Source: Waterburya sp.
Lineage (GTDB): Bacteria > Cyanobacteriota > Cyanobacteriia > Cyanobacteriales > Xenococcaceae
Assembly (NCBI GenBank): GCA_965217895.1
Contig: CBDCJV010000002.1
Span: 3,840,001 to 3,904,000, forward strand
Direction: 5' to 3'
Length of the DNA stretch: 64,000 nucleotides
Shown here: positions 10,880 through 21,411 of the stretch, piece after piece
How positions within the stretch are numbered: position 1 is the stretch's first letter
How the letters are laid out: each line of letters opens with the position of its first letter
Program-made: the position numbers and the translations under genes
Notes under the pieces: generated by a model
Databases searched by the model: none
Told to the model about the DNA's origin: nothing
The model's input: the letters and a program-made list of their open reading frames with translations, nothing else

Positions 10880-11164
10880 ATGAATAAAGGTGAACTAGTC
10901 GATCGCATTTCTCAAAAAGCAACTGTAACAAAAAAACAAGCTGACGCTGTATTGTCCGCAGCCGTCGAAACTATCATGGAAGCTGTATCCGATGGTGATA
11001 AAGTAACCCTAGTTGGTTTTGGTTCTTTTGAGCGTCGCGATCGCAAGGAAAGAGAAGGACGTAACCCCAAAACTGGAGAAAAAATGTCCATTCCTGCCAC
11101 TAAAGTTCCTGCTTTTTCGGCTGGTAAGCTATTCAAAGAAAAAGTAGCCCCTGCTAAAAAGTAG
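10880..11164 (+). CDS. hup: DNA-binding protein HU
   Basis: MNKGELVD...VTLVGFGSF...GRNPKTGE...VPAFSAGK signature. Confidence 0.98.
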   Translation: MNKGELVDRISQKATVTKKQADAVLSAAVETIMEAVSDGDKVTLVGFGSFERRDRKEREGRNPKTGEKMSIPATKVPAFSAGKLFKEKVAPAKK

Positions 11165-11186
11165 TTTTTAAGATAGTTAATTTATC

Positions 11187-12293
11187 TTGAACAGACCACA
11201 ACACGGTGGAAATTTGAATTGGGCAGCCAGCATTGCTGGTTGTCCAGTTTCTGCTTTAACGGATTTTTCCGCCAGCATTAACCCCCTGGGAACTCCCCCC
11301 AGTGCGATCGCTGCCATAGTTAATAGTACCAGTCAGTTAAATGCCTATCCCGACCCTGAATATCCCGAATTGCGATCGCATTTAGCCAAACATCATCAGA
11401 TTGACCCTAAATTTATCCTGCCTGGTAACGGTTCGGCAGAGTTATTGACCTGGGCAGGCAGAGAATTAGCGCAACAAAATGTTACATATTTAATTACCCC
11501 TGCCTTTAGCGACTATGCCAGGGCTTTAAATGCTTTTGACGGCAAAATATTACCCTGTCCTTTGCCCTTCTGTAAGGGCGAACGGCCGTTCGCCCCTACG
11601 CTAATTGGTAAGGGCGTTTCGCGAATCGCCCCGACGATACCTATACCGTTGCCACCCCATCCCCAATCTGGACTTTTGCTCAACAATCCTCACAATCCAA
11701 CGGGCAAATTATGGACGAGAGAGGAGATCTTGCCTTATCTTGAGCAATTTAGCCTAGTGGTGATTGATGAAGCCTTTATGGACTTTTTAACGCCCTCTCA
11801 GGAGCAAAGCTCAATTCCTCTAATTGAGGATTATCCCAATCTGGTTATTTTGCGTTCCTTAACTAAATTTTACTGTCTGCCTGGGTTAAGAATCGGCTAT
11901 GCGATCGCTCATCCAGCCAGACTAAAGAAATGGCAAAAGTGGCGCGATCCTTGGTCAGTCAATACCTTAGCAGCAGCAGCAACCGCAGCAGCACTACAAG
12001 ACAGAGAGTTTCAACAACAGACTTGGGATTGGTTAGAACCAGCGCGATCGCAATTATTTGAGCAGTTAGAAGCCATACCAGGAATCCAGCCTTTAGCCAG
12101 CGCGGTTAATTATCTGCTGGTTAAAACAGAGATGTCGGCAACACAATTACAGCAGAAGTTGCTAGTTAATTATCAAATTGTAATTCGAGACTGTATCAGC
12201 TTTCCTGAATTGGGCGATCGCTATTTTCGCATTGCGGTACGTTTACCCGCAGAAAACGATCGTTTGGCAGAAGCTATAGCTGCTATGGTTTAA
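11187..12293 (+). CDS. cobD: L-threonine-O-3-phosphate decarboxylase (cobalamin biosynthesis)
   Basis: HGGN, DFSASINPLG, GNGSAEL, NNPHNPTG, DEAFMDF and SLTKFY.LPGLRIGY (PLP lysine). Contains an in-frame REP insertion at 11572-11635. Confidence 0.9.
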   Translation: MNRPQHGGNLNWAASIAGCPVSALTDFSASINPLGTPPSAIAAIVNSTSQLNAYPDPEYPELRSHLAKHHQIDPKFILPGNGSAELLTWAGRELAQQNVTYLITPAFSDYARALNAFDGKILPCPLPFCKGERPFAPTLIGKGVSRIAPTIPIPLPPHPQSGLLLNNPHNPTGKLWTREEILPYLEQFSLVVIDEAFMDFLTPSQEQSSIPLIEDYPNLVILRSLTKFYCLPGLRIGYAIAHPARLKKWQKWRDPWSVNTLAAAATAAALQDREFQQQTWDWLEPARSQLFEQLEAIPGIQPLASAVNYLLVKTEMSATQLQQKLLVNYQIVIRDCISFPELGDRYFRIAVRLPAENDRLAEAIAAMV

Positions 12294-12339
12294 TTTGGGT
12301 CATGATTTTTGGCTTCCGATTCTTGTAAGGGCGATTCTT

Positions 12340-12422
12340 GTAGGGGCGTTTCGTGAGGTAGTGTGATCTTGGGGGTTTCCCCCATAAACAACTACCGAAC
12401 CCGAAGGGCGAAACGCCCCTAC
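12340..12422. repeat. GTAG-REP palindrome split by a 55-nt inserted element
   Basis: GTAGGGGCGTTTCG (12340-12353), then insert 12354-12408, then CGAAACGCCCCTAC (12409-12422). An uninterrupted version is at 51351-51378. Confidence 0.85.
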
Positions 12423-12462
12423 GACTGACTACATACGGCTAAAGCCTTTGTGACTTGATAAT

Positions 12463-13923
12463 ATGGCGGTAGACTATGACTTGGTAATAATTGGTAGTAG
12501 TTGGGCAGGTGTTTATGCTGCTCAAAATGCTGTGCAGCTTCAAGCCCGTGTTGCTTTAGTGACTCAGGGCGATACTAATTATTTACCCAATGACACACTA
12601 GTTAATCACAGCTTTAGTCAGATCGGACGTTTAAACTATCAGCTAGCGAATAATCCTTTTGCTACGGCATCACAAGCCCAGTCTCCTTATATTTCTCTAA
12701 CCGAAGCGAGTAACTGGACAAAGGGAATTAATTCTGTAGTTCAAAGCAGTAATTCGTTATCGAGTCTGTCTGCTTTAGGAGTTGATGTAGTTTTAGGCAA
12801 AGGGGAATTTTGCCGTTTACCAAATCTGGCGTTTAATGTGGGTAAGAGAAAATTGCGATCGCGTAATTTTTTACTGGCTACGGATTCTAATTTTGTCCCT
12901 TCATTCTCAGAAGCTAACATTACCAATGATTGTTTGACTCCACCAGACTTGGGCGATCAAGATTTATCTGAATTACCTGACAAGATTATTATTGTTGGTA
13001 GCGATCCGACTGCTTTAGAGTTGACTCAAGCTTTAGCCCGATTTAACAAAAAGATTATCTTAGTTGTTCAACAGCCAAGGATATTACCCCAAGAAGATTT
13101 AGATGTTGTCATCTTGATTCAGGCGCAGTTAGAAGCCGAAGGAGTCGAAATCTTGACTAATTCAAAAGTTAATCAGATTAAGGTAATTGATGAGCAAAAA
13201 TGGATTCAGGCAGGCGATCGCGCTTTGTCAGCCAATGAGATAATTATTGCTGATTACCGTCAGCCTAATATTGTAGGCTTGAATCTAGCAGGAGTAGATG
13301 TTAAATATAATTTACAAAAAGTTTATGTTAATCAGAAGCTGCAAACTACCAATCCCCATATTTATGCCTGCGGTGATTTAATTGGCGGTTATAGTTTGCC
13401 AAACATTGCCCAATATGAAGTTAATTTAATTCTCAAAAATACTTTATTTTTCCCCTGGTATAAAACCAATTACAATTCTGTTCCCTGGGCTGTTTTAACC
13501 CAGCCAAATTTGGCTAGGGTAGGCTTAAATGAAACTCAGGCAAAACAAGAATACGGAGAAGATATTTATGTAGTTAAACAATATTTCAATAACGTGACTC
13601 AAGCGCAAATATTAGATCGAACTACAGGATTGTGTAAACTACTCGTGAAAGCCAATGGAGAAATATTAGGCTGTAGTTTAGTTGGCGATCGCGCTGCTGA
13701 ATTAATTGCGATCGTTGCCTTAATGATCCAAAACAAAATAAGACTAGACTGTAATCCGATGCGAGGATTGACTTCAGTATCTATTCCCACTGTTTATCCA
13801 ACTATGACTGAAATATTGCATCAGGCAAGCAACAATTTTTATCTGCAAAAGTTACAGCGTCATCCTAAACTATTAAATCGTCTACGAACTTGGTTTTCTA
13901 TCCGTAAAAATTGGCATCGGTAG
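12463..13923 (+). CDS. Pyridine nucleotide-disulfide oxidoreductase family flavoprotein (MerA/LpdA-like, degenerate motifs)
   Basis: DYDLVIIG, LQTTNPHIYACGD, PWAVLTQPNLARVGLNE and GEILG motifs; no CxxxxC. Confidence 0.8.
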   Translation: MAVDYDLVIIGSSWAGVYAAQNAVQLQARVALVTQGDTNYLPNDTLVNHSFSQIGRLNYQLANNPFATASQAQSPYISLTEASNWTKGINSVVQSSNSLSSLSALGVDVVLGKGEFCRLPNLAFNVGKRKLRSRNFLLATDSNFVPSFSEANITNDCLTPPDLGDQDLSELPDKIIIVGSDPTALELTQALARFNKKIILVVQQPRILPQEDLDVVILIQAQLEAEGVEILTNSKVNQIKVIDEQKWIQAGDRALSANEIIIADYRQPNIVGLNLAGVDVKYNLQKVYVNQKLQTTNPHIYACGDLIGGYSLPNIAQYEVNLILKNTLFFPWYKTNYNSVPWAVLTQPNLARVGLNETQAKQEYGEDIYVVKQYFNNVTQAQILDRTTGLCKLLVKANGEILGCSLVGDRAAELIAIVALMIQNKIRLDCNPMRGLTSVSIPTVYPTMTEILHQASNNFYLQKLQRHPKLLNRLRTWFSIRKNWHR

Positions 13924-13984
13924 GGTGGGCAAGCTCAAAATGAAGTATGTCAATTCATATTAAAACTAGATTTGCCCACCGTAC
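13920..13984. repeat. REPIN-like inverted GTAG repeat pair
   Basis: GTAGGGTGGGCAA...TTGCCCACCGTAC; paralog at 21412-21526; supplies the TAG stop of the upstream gene. Confidence 0.75.
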
Positions 13985-14020
13985 AAGTAAACAGCGAACG
14001 GTCGTTCGCTCATACAATTA

Positions 14021-14647
14021 ATGAATAAAAGGCTTTTTATTGTTTTTGAGGGAATCGATAGTTCGGGTAAATCTACTCAAGCCCAAATGTTAAAGAATTA
14101 TTTTTTAGCTACAGATGAACAGGCTGAAATTAGTTCTGAACCTTCTAATGGCATCATTGGGAATATAATTCGCCAGGCATTAAAACAAAGAATTATCTTT
14201 AGCCGCGATCGCAATTTATTTGATGAACAAATGGCTTATCTCTTTGCTGCCGATCGCCACGATCATTTATATAATGAAATCGACGGCGTATTTAAGTTAA
14301 TCCAAGATAACTATCACGTTATTAGTACTAGATACTATTTTTCTTCTTTGGCATATAATTGTGAAACTGTAGACAAGTTCAACTTTGTCCAACAACTTAA
14401 CGATCGTTTTCCTAATCCCGATTTAACTATATATATTGATATTTCTATTGATATTTCACTTCATAGATTGCAAGAACGTTCTCTAAAAGAAATATATGAA
14501 ACTAAAAAGAAATTAACTAAAGTTAGGCAACAATATCAGCAGATATTTGCTGAATATAAAGGGATGGCGATCGCTGTTGATGGAACCAAAGAACCTGAGC
14601 AAATTCATCAACAAATAGTAGATTTTATACTAGCCAATTTTCAATAA
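14021..14647 (+). CDS. tmk: Thymidylate kinase
   Basis: FIVFEGIDSSGKSTQ P-loop, LFAADR, RYYFSSLAY and PDLTIYID. Confidence 0.92.
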   Translation: MNKRLFIVFEGIDSSGKSTQAQMLKNYFLATDEQAEISSEPSNGIIGNIIRQALKQRIIFSRDRNLFDEQMAYLFAADRHDHLYNEIDGVFKLIQDNYHVISTRYYFSSLAYNCETVDKFNFVQQLNDRFPNPDLTIYIDISIDISLHRLQERSLKEIYETKKKLTKVRQQYQQIFAEYKGMAIAVDGTKEPEQIHQQIVDFILANFQ

Positions 14648-14721
14648 TTAATAGTTAGTTATTAATCGAGGTGATTAGATTAACTTGAAAAAATAGTTCA
14701 GTAATTGTCTTAACTGCCCCC

Positions 14722-14764
14722 CTCGCGCATTCCCTTGCGCCTGACGGCGACGCGGGGTCGCTCG
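14722..14764. repeat. 43-nt hairpin micro-element inserted in a CTAACTGAC-type 9-mer array
   Basis: CTCGCGCATTCCCTTGCGCCTGACGGCGACGCGGGGTCGCTCG; related copies at 10506, 24877, 24901 and about 32595. Confidence 0.8.
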
Positions 14765-15033
14765 TCTAACTGACCTAACTGACCTAACTACCCTTAACTG
14801 CTCTATTGTTTGCTTGCCAGAATTAGGCCTTACTTTGACCTGAATTTTCATTTTTATAAGCTTTAATTATAAAGGTAATTGTATTGCCAAAAAGACAATA
14901 TAATTTAAGGTTGGCTATACTTGTTCTTATTAAAAAAACTAATGTTGTGCAACTAATTAATAAGATTCATCTTCAATATTCATAGATTAAGAAAAACCTC
15001 ACGGCGTATTTATTCAAAATATAGCTTTCGCTA

Positions 15034-18000
15034 TTGGCATCTTCAGCCAGAGAATATAACCATAAGATGAAGCAAAATTCTGAGCAGAATTCAGATAAAC
15101 AAGTTAATTTGAGCAAAAATACAGCAAACTCTCCTAATCGGTGGCGCAAAGTAGTTATAGTTACAGCTATTTTGCTTTTAGGTAGTGCAGGTGGTGGCTT
15201 AGTTTATGGTTGGTATTTTGTGCAGCGCAAGCTAATACCTTTAGTAGAAAAAGAAACGGGAAATTATCTTCATCGTCCCCTCAAACTAGGAAATCTCAAG
15301 AGCATATCGCCTATAGGTGCTAGTTTTGGCAATAGCGCACTTCCTGCAACAAAGGATAATCCTGATTTTGTTACGGTCAAAACAGTAAAGGTCAATCTTG
15401 CGCCATTTTATTTTTTACGTACGCGCAAGCTAAGGCTAGATATTATTTTACAAAAGCCTAATGTCTATATTGAGCAGGATAAATCCAAACTATGGACTCC
15501 TACAAATTTTGGTTCAGGTAACAATTCAAACAAGCAAATTGTCGAAGTACAGTCTATTCAACTGCAAGGAGGTCAACTTTCCTTAGCTGCTTACAATACA
15601 GAAAAAGCAGCCTTAAATCCAACCGTTACCGCCGACATAAATCGGGTTGTTATTCGCCCTATCAACGAGATAATTCAGTTCAATGCTGTGGCGCAGTTGG
15701 TAAAAGGAGGAAAATTTACCGTTGATGGTCAAGGAAATAGTAAAACAGATATCATCAATCTATCTGTATTAGCACAGCACCTAAATGCTTCTGAGACAAG
15801 TAATTTGTTGGCTTTACCGATTGAATTAAATCAAGGAAATATTGACGGCAAAATTGGCGTAACCTTAGCCAAAGCTCCTATTCCCGAATTACAGGGAAAG
15901 CTAAATTTAAATAATGTTAGTCTGCAAATTCCTAATTTAGTTAAACCTTTTAGTCATAGTAACGGTCAGGTTTCTTTTGCAGGTACAAAAATTGAATTAA
16001 ATAATATTGCCACTAAGTTTGGTCAGGTATCAGGGAAAGCTTCTGGTTCACTCAATCTAGCAGACAAGGGAAATTATCAAATTAATACTAAGATCGAACC
16101 TGTAAAAGCCAAAAAGGTAATTGATGCTTTAGAGTTAAATACACCAGTACCAATCAAAGGCAAAATAAAAGGTAACGCCAAAGTTAGAGGAACATTAGAC
16201 AATCCTGTAGTGCAGCTTGATATCGCTACTGCTAGTCCTAGTCGTATCGATAAAGTAGATTTTAAAAAAATTGATGCCAATCTTGAAATAGTCGGTACAA
16301 ATTTATCAGTAAAGCAATTTACTAGCCTGCCTAAAACTGGAGGCAAAATTGAGGGTAATGGCAATTTACAGCTAGACGGCGCACAAAACCTAGATTTTAA
16401 TGTTTCGGCAAAGAACGTCTCAGGTAAAGCGATCGCCAGAGCCTATAATAATAAGTTACCTGTAGATATTGGTTTAATTTCAGGTACTACCAAAATATCT
16501 GCCCAAGCAGGAGACTTGTCCACTCTGCAATTTCGCGATGGCAACGCTAATTTTCTTTTGGGTAACGGCGTAGTTCAAGTAAATAACTTAGATTATGACC
16601 AGGGTAAATGGACATCTAAGCTAACAACATCACGGGTAGAATTTGGCAGCTTACCCTTTGGTAAAGGCAGCACACCTACTATTGCTAAAGGACAGATTGA
16701 TGGCGTGTTTAAAGTCTCAGGCACAAAAGATCTGGGCAATTTGAATCAAATTAAAGCTAGAGGTAAGGCTGATTTAAGTACCGTTGGAGGTAGAGTAGCT
16801 TTACCTAAAATTGCGATCGCCGACGGTAACTGGAAAGTAAATGCTAAAACTAAGAATTTAAAACTACAGCGTTTATTTCCTGATTTGCCCAATGAGTTTA
16901 ATGACAACCTTAGCGGTGACTTTTATCTGACGGGGAATATTCCTGATGATGCTCAACCTCAGACTTTGATCGATGGCTTTGGTGATTTAGCTTTAGCTAA
17001 AGGTCAAGTCAAGGTAGATAACTTAAAAATAGTCGATCGAGATTGGACAGCTAACGTTCGAGGAATTGACCTTAAGCTTAAACAATTGAGTTCTAGCACA
17101 CCCGATCAGTTTGCAGGCTTGGTTAACGGTAAACTTAAGCTAGCAGGAACTACGGATAATATTACTCCAGAAGGAATTAGAGCCAACGGTAAAGGTAGTT
17201 TAACCTTACCCCAAGGAGTTTTTGAGGCGAACAAGCTGGCGATCGCCAATGGTCAATTCAAAGCCTCTGTACTGCCCCAGGGAGTAGATCTAAGCCTTTT
17301 TGCCGATCCCAAGTCGGATGATTTAAAGCTCACTGGACAACTGGGAGGACAGCTAGAAGTTACAGGTAAAGTTGACAACCTTAGTCCTACTGCCGTCGCA
17401 GCCAAAGGAAATTTGACCTTTAGCGAAGGAATCGATCTCTTAGAACAACCTTTAGGGGCTAACGTAGCTTGGGATGGCAAGCGGTTAGATGTGCTACAGG
17501 CAAAAGGAGATGGTTTAGATGCCAAAGGGTATATCGTACTAGACAAGTCATTTTTTAGTGATATTGCCGATAAATTGGCAGCAGTAAATTATTTTGAGTT
17601 TAAAGTTGCCCAAGCGCGATGGATCGACATCAGAAAGTTGCGCTTACCTCTGCCTAGCTGGGCAGCTAATTTAGACTACTCAGGAAGAGGTGAGTTTTCA
17701 GGACAAATTAGCGGGATTCCTTCTGCTATGAATATTGCTGGTGATTTGGGTCTAAGAAACTTTAAAGTAGAAAATATTGAGTTTGACCCTTTTTTGGCAG
17801 GAAATGTGCAAATATCGCCCAAAACAGGAGTCAACCTAAAGCTAGATGAAGTTTTAACTACACCTTTTTTGCCGAGTGGAGAAGACTTTGGTTCTGAACC
17901 CCAGGCTTTGGATAAGATTGAGCTAGTTCTAGATCGCAATTTTTCGCCTCAAGCTTTTGCGATCGCCCATGACGATATATCCGTTAAAGGAGAAGGAAAC

Positions 18001-20667
18001 CAAGAAACCCTAGAATTTACCACCCAAAATATTCCTTTAAAACTGCTTAAAGCCGCAGTAGTTAAAAGCAAGGATTTCAAAATCCCCGACAATGTAGCGA
18101 CTCAAACTGTAGATGGCAAATTATCAGGAGATTTTAGCTTAAATCTTGCTACCCTGGCGACTTCAGGCAAAAACGTCGTCATCGACAACCCCGCTTTGGC
18201 AAGTATCAGAGGCGATCGCCTTCAGGGAAATTTTCAATATGCAGATAATTATTTTGCCATCCAGGATGCTGAATTTCAGCAAAGAAACAGCGTTTATAAG
18301 CTTGAAGGAAGTTTGACTCAAAAGCCTGATGATATTGACGTTGATGGTCAAGTTGCCATTGACGGAGGAAAGATCCAAGATATTTTGGTGGCACTGCAAA
18401 TTTTTGAATTGACCGATTTTAGCCGTATTTTCAGCGATCGCATCTACGCCAACGCAGCAGATTTATATCAGCCTCCCACCCTATCTAATCAGCAACCAAT
18501 ATTTGACGTAGGCTTAAAAGATGCTCCTGTAATCGAACAGCTACAGTTACTATCAGCGATTCAAGCTTGGCTAGCCGATTTAAAGAAACAACAGCAAAGT
18601 GCTTTGATTCCGCCAATTAGAAATCTCAGAGGGAGTTTCGATGGCAAAATTAATGTGTCAGGCTCTTTAAGTAATGGCTTAGATTCTCAGTTTGAATTTT
18701 TAGGTAAAAAATGGCGATGGGGTAATTTAGTCGGTGAAAAAGTTGTTGCCAAGGGTAATTTTAAACAAGGAATATTGACTCTGCTGCCGATTTCAATTCA
18801 GCTTGAAGATAATATTGTCAAAGACAAAGCTAAAAATAAAAACAGAACATCCACTCCTACTCTTTTATTCACAGGCACGTTTGGGGGCAAAACTCAGTCA
18901 GGACAGTTTAAACTAGTAGAAGTTCCTGTTAAATTAATTGAGCAGTTATTTTCTTTACCTCCACAATTAGGCTTAAACGGCTTAATCAACGCCAGTGCCA
19001 GTATCGCTGGAACAACCGATGAACCTCAAGCAAGGGGAGAAATCACCATTGATAATGCTTCTTTAAATGACACTTCGATTCAAACCACCAAAGGCAGTTT
19101 TAACTATCAAGATGCTCGCTTGAACTTTTTTGCTAGCAGCATTATTGCCGAAAACGCAGATCCTTTAACCATTAAAGGCAACATTCCTTATCAGCTACCC
19201 TTTGCCAAAGCTAAACCAGACAGCGATCGCCTTGAACTACAGTTAAACGTCAAAAATAAAGGTTTGGCTTTATTAGATATATTTTCTGGGGGAGAGTTAA
19301 AGTGGATTGATGGTCAGGGAGAAATTGCCCTAGACATTTCGGGAATTCTCGATGCCCAACAAAACTTGCCCAGAAAATTAGTTGCTCAAGGTACGGCTAC
19401 TATTAATAATGGTACTGTTGCTGCTAAAAGCTTACCTAAAAACTTAATTACTAATATTAATAGTAAAATCTTTTTTGATTTGGATAATATCCGCGTTAAT
19501 AGTTTTGAAGGAGATTTTGGTGGAGGTCAAATTCTCGCTGCGGGAACAATTCCTTTTAGTAAGAATGTTGTTCAAAATCCGCTCACCATTGATTTTAGCA
19601 ATATCAAACTAGATGTACCCAAGCTATACAACGGAGGAGTGAAGGGAAAACTACAAATATTGGGCAAAGCTACAGAACCTAGCCTTGCTGGCAATCTAAC
19701 TTTATTTGACGGTACGATCTTTTTAGATAGTGGAGATGAGCAAAACAAGACGGTAGATAATGTAGACAATATTAATATTGAGCAAAAAACCAATGCAATT
19801 AATCAACGTGCAGCATCAACGCAAGGTATAGCAGCCGTAACTCAATATAATAATCTCAAGCTACAGTTGGGAGAAGATATTCAAATTAGCCAACCGCCAA
19901 TCTTTACCTTTTTGGCTACAGGTAATCTAAATATTAATGGCACTTTTCTTGAGCCTAGTCCCGAAGGCACGATCAATTTAAAACGTGGTCAGGTAAATTT
20001 ATTTACGACTCAACTTAATCTTTCTAGAGACTATCAAAATACGGCTCGTTTTTCTGATAATAATGGTCTCGATCCTTTTGTAGACGTACTGCTTACTGGT
20101 TCAGCCCTAGAAACCAGACAAAGACAAGTTCCTAGTGAAATATTGCCGACAGAAATTCCTGAAGCTTTTAATGTGGGAACGCTAGAAACCGTGAGAATTT
20201 CTGCCAAGGTCAAAGGACTTGCTAGTCAAATTAGCAATAATAAAATTGAACTTACTAGTAGTCCTCCCCGTAGTCAAGCTGAAATCGCTGCTTTGTTGGG
20301 GGGTGGAGTGGTAGAAGCTTTGGGAAATAGTAACGGTACTTTAGGGTTAGCTACCTTGGCTGGTTCAGCCCTTTTTGGTAGCCTCAACGGAGAATTTAAC
20401 AACCTTTTTCCCATTGGCGAGTTACGTCTTTTTCCCACCCAAATCATTGATGAAAATAGAGATAACGATCGCAATGAAGGGCTAGCAGGAGAACTTGCTT
20501 TTGACTTGATTGATAATTTTTCCTTTTCTGTACTGAAAGTTCTCAATACCGATATTCGCGCTCAGTATGGTTTTCGTTATCGCCTTAACAATAATTTTGT
20601 GCTTCGAGGTTCTAGTGATTTCCAAGATAATAGTAGAGCCTTAATTGAATTTGAATCTCGTTTTTAA
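15034..20667 (+). CDS. tamB: TamB/AsmA-like (DUF490) translocation and assembly / lipid-bridge protein, paralog 1
   Basis: N-terminal TM anchor; long G/N/L-rich beta-strand repeats; C-terminal LKRGQVNLFTTQ...LDPFVDV...LTSSPPRSQAEIAALLGG...EFESRF. Start may be ATG 15067. Confidence 0.88.
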   Translation: MASSAREYNHKMKQNSEQNSDKQVNLSKNTANSPNRWRKVVIVTAILLLGSAGGGLVYGWYFVQRKLIPLVEKETGNYLHRPLKLGNLKSISPIGASFGNSALPATKDNPDFVTVKTVKVNLAPFYFLRTRKLRLDIILQKPNVYIEQDKSKLWTPTNFGSGNNSNKQIVEVQSIQLQGGQLSLAAYNTEKAALNPTVTADINRVVIRPINEIIQFNAVAQLVKGGKFTVDGQGNSKTDIINLSVLAQHLNASETSNLLALPIELNQGNIDGKIGVTLAKAPIPELQGKLNLNNVSLQIPNLVKPFSHSNGQVSFAGTKIELNNIATKFGQVSGKASGSLNLADKGNYQINTKIEPVKAKKVIDALELNTPVPIKGKIKGNAKVRGTLDNPVVQLDIATASPSRIDKVDFKKIDANLEIVGTNLSVKQFTSLPKTGGKIEGNGNLQLDGAQNLDFNVSAKNVSGKAIARAYNNKLPVDIGLISGTTKISAQAGDLSTLQFRDGNANFLLGNGVVQVNNLDYDQGKWTSKLTTSRVEFGSLPFGKGSTPTIAKGQIDGVFKVSGTKDLGNLNQIKARGKADLSTVGGRVALPKIAIADGNWKVNAKTKNLKLQRLFPDLPNEFNDNLSGDFYLTGNIPDDAQPQTLIDGFGDLALAKGQVKVDNLKIVDRDWTANVRGIDLKLKQLSSSTPDQFAGLVNGKLKLAGTTDNITPEGIRANGKGSLTLPQGVFEANKLAIANGQFKASVLPQGVDLSLFADPKSDDLKLTGQLGGQLEVTGKVDNLSPTAVAAKGNLTFSEGIDLLEQPLGANVAWDGKRLDVLQAKGDGLDAKGYIVLDKSFFSDIADKLAAVNYFEFKVAQARWIDIRKLRLPLPSWAANLDYSGRGEFSGQISGIPSAMNIAGDLGLRNFKVENIEFDPFLAGNVQISPKTGVNLKLDEVLTTPFLPSGEDFGSEPQALDKIELVLDRNFSPQAFAIAHDDISVKGEGNQETLEFTTQNIPLKLLKAAVVKSKDFKIPDNVATQTVDGKLSGDFSLNLATLATSGKNVVIDNPALASIRGDRLQGNFQYADNYFAIQDAEFQQRNSVYKLEGSLTQKPDDIDVDGQVAIDGGKIQDILVALQIFELTDFSRIFSDRIYANAADLYQPPTLSNQQPIFDVGLKDAPVIEQLQLLSAIQAWLADLKKQQQSALIPPIRNLRGSFDGKINVSGSLSNGLDSQFEFLGKKWRWGNLVGEKVVAKGNFKQGILTLLPISIQLEDNIVKDKAKNKNRTSTPTLLFTGTFGGKTQSGQFKLVEVPVKLIEQLFSLPPQLGLNGLINASASIAGTTDEPQARGEITIDNASLNDTSIQTTKGSFNYQDARLNFFASSIIAENADPLTIKGNIPYQLPFAKAKPDSDRLELQLNVKNKGLALLDIFSGGELKWIDGQGEIALDISGILDAQQNLPRKLVAQGTATINNGTVAAKSLPKNLITNINSKIFFDLDNIRVNSFEGDFGGGQILAAGTIPFSKNVVQNPLTIDFSNIKLDVPKLYNGGVKGKLQILGKATEPSLAGNLTLFDGTIFLDSGDEQNKTVDNVDNINIEQKTNAINQRAASTQGIAAVTQYNNLKLQLGEDIQISQPPIFTFLATGNLNINGTFLEPSPEGTINLKRGQVNLFTTQLNLSRDYQNTARFSDNNGLDPFVDVLLTGSALETRQRQVPSEILPTEIPEAFNVGTLETVRISAKVKGLASQISNNKIELTSSPPRSQAEIAALLGGGVVEALGNSNGTLGLATLAGSALFGSLNGEFNNLFPIGELRLFPTQIIDENRDNDRNEGLAGELAFDLIDNFSFSVLKVLNTDIRAQYGFRYRLNNNFVLRGSSDFQDNSRALIEFESRF

Positions 20668-20768
20668 TAGCAATTTAAGCTAGAAGTAGCAATATTTATT
20701 ACTTATTTCTTAAAATAAATATGTTTTCTTGCTATCACTGATCCTACTACTAATAGATTTTATCAACT

Positions 20769-21404
20769 ATGCCCAGTCTAACTTTTTACGGTACGCCTCA
20801 AAGTACCTATGTCCGCACTGTGCGACTGTTGCTAGCAGAAGCTAATATTAATGACTATGAATTGAAAGATATTGGTATTTTTAATGGCGATAACCAAACA
20901 GAAGCATATCTAACTAAACATCCTTTTGGCAAAGTGCCTACGGTAGAAATAGACGGTATAACAATCTACGAAACAGCAGCGATTACCTATTACATTAACC
21001 AAAAGCTAGCTAAAGGTAAGTTTGCGCCTCCTGACCTTTTGATGCAAACTAAAATGCTGCAAATTATGGCAATCATTGATAACTATCTTTATACACTTGC
21101 CGTTGGCACAATTGTAATTCAAAACCTGATTGTCCCTAGTCAGGGAGGTGAAACCGACAAAGAAGCAGTACAAAAAGCGATCGCGCCAACTCAAAAAGCC
21201 TTGGAAGCAATTGAAGACTTATGTGTCGGTAGTCCTTTCCTTGTCGGCAGCATGATTAGCATTGCTGATTTTTATTTAATCCCAATTTTTGTTTATCTCG
21301 AACAAACACCACAGTTTGCATCTGTTACGGCTACCACGCCTAAGTTAAAAGCTTGGTGGGAGGAGACAAAAATTTTAGCCAGCGTTAAAAAGATTTGCTC
21401 CTAA
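20769..21404 (+). CDS. Glutathione S-transferase
   Basis: STYVRTVRL, HPFGKVP, YETAAI and ISIADFYL. Confidence 0.92.
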   Translation: MPSLTFYGTPQSTYVRTVRLLLAEANINDYELKDIGIFNGDNQTEAYLTKHPFGKVPTVEIDGITIYETAAITYYINQKLAKGKFAPPDLLMQTKMLQIMAIIDNYLYTLAVGTIVIQNLIVPSQGGETDKEAVQKAIAPTQKALEAIEDLCVGSPFLVGSMISIADFYLIPIFVYLEQTPQFASVTATTPKLKAWWEETKILASVKKICS

Positions 21405-21411
21405 AAGCAAC

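Noticed and set aside
16077..20546. Antisense ORFs within tamB1 (similar ones within pilQ, tamB2, PKS, secD and cobN)
   Set aside because: Shadow ORFs opposite well-supported genes; no independent motifs.
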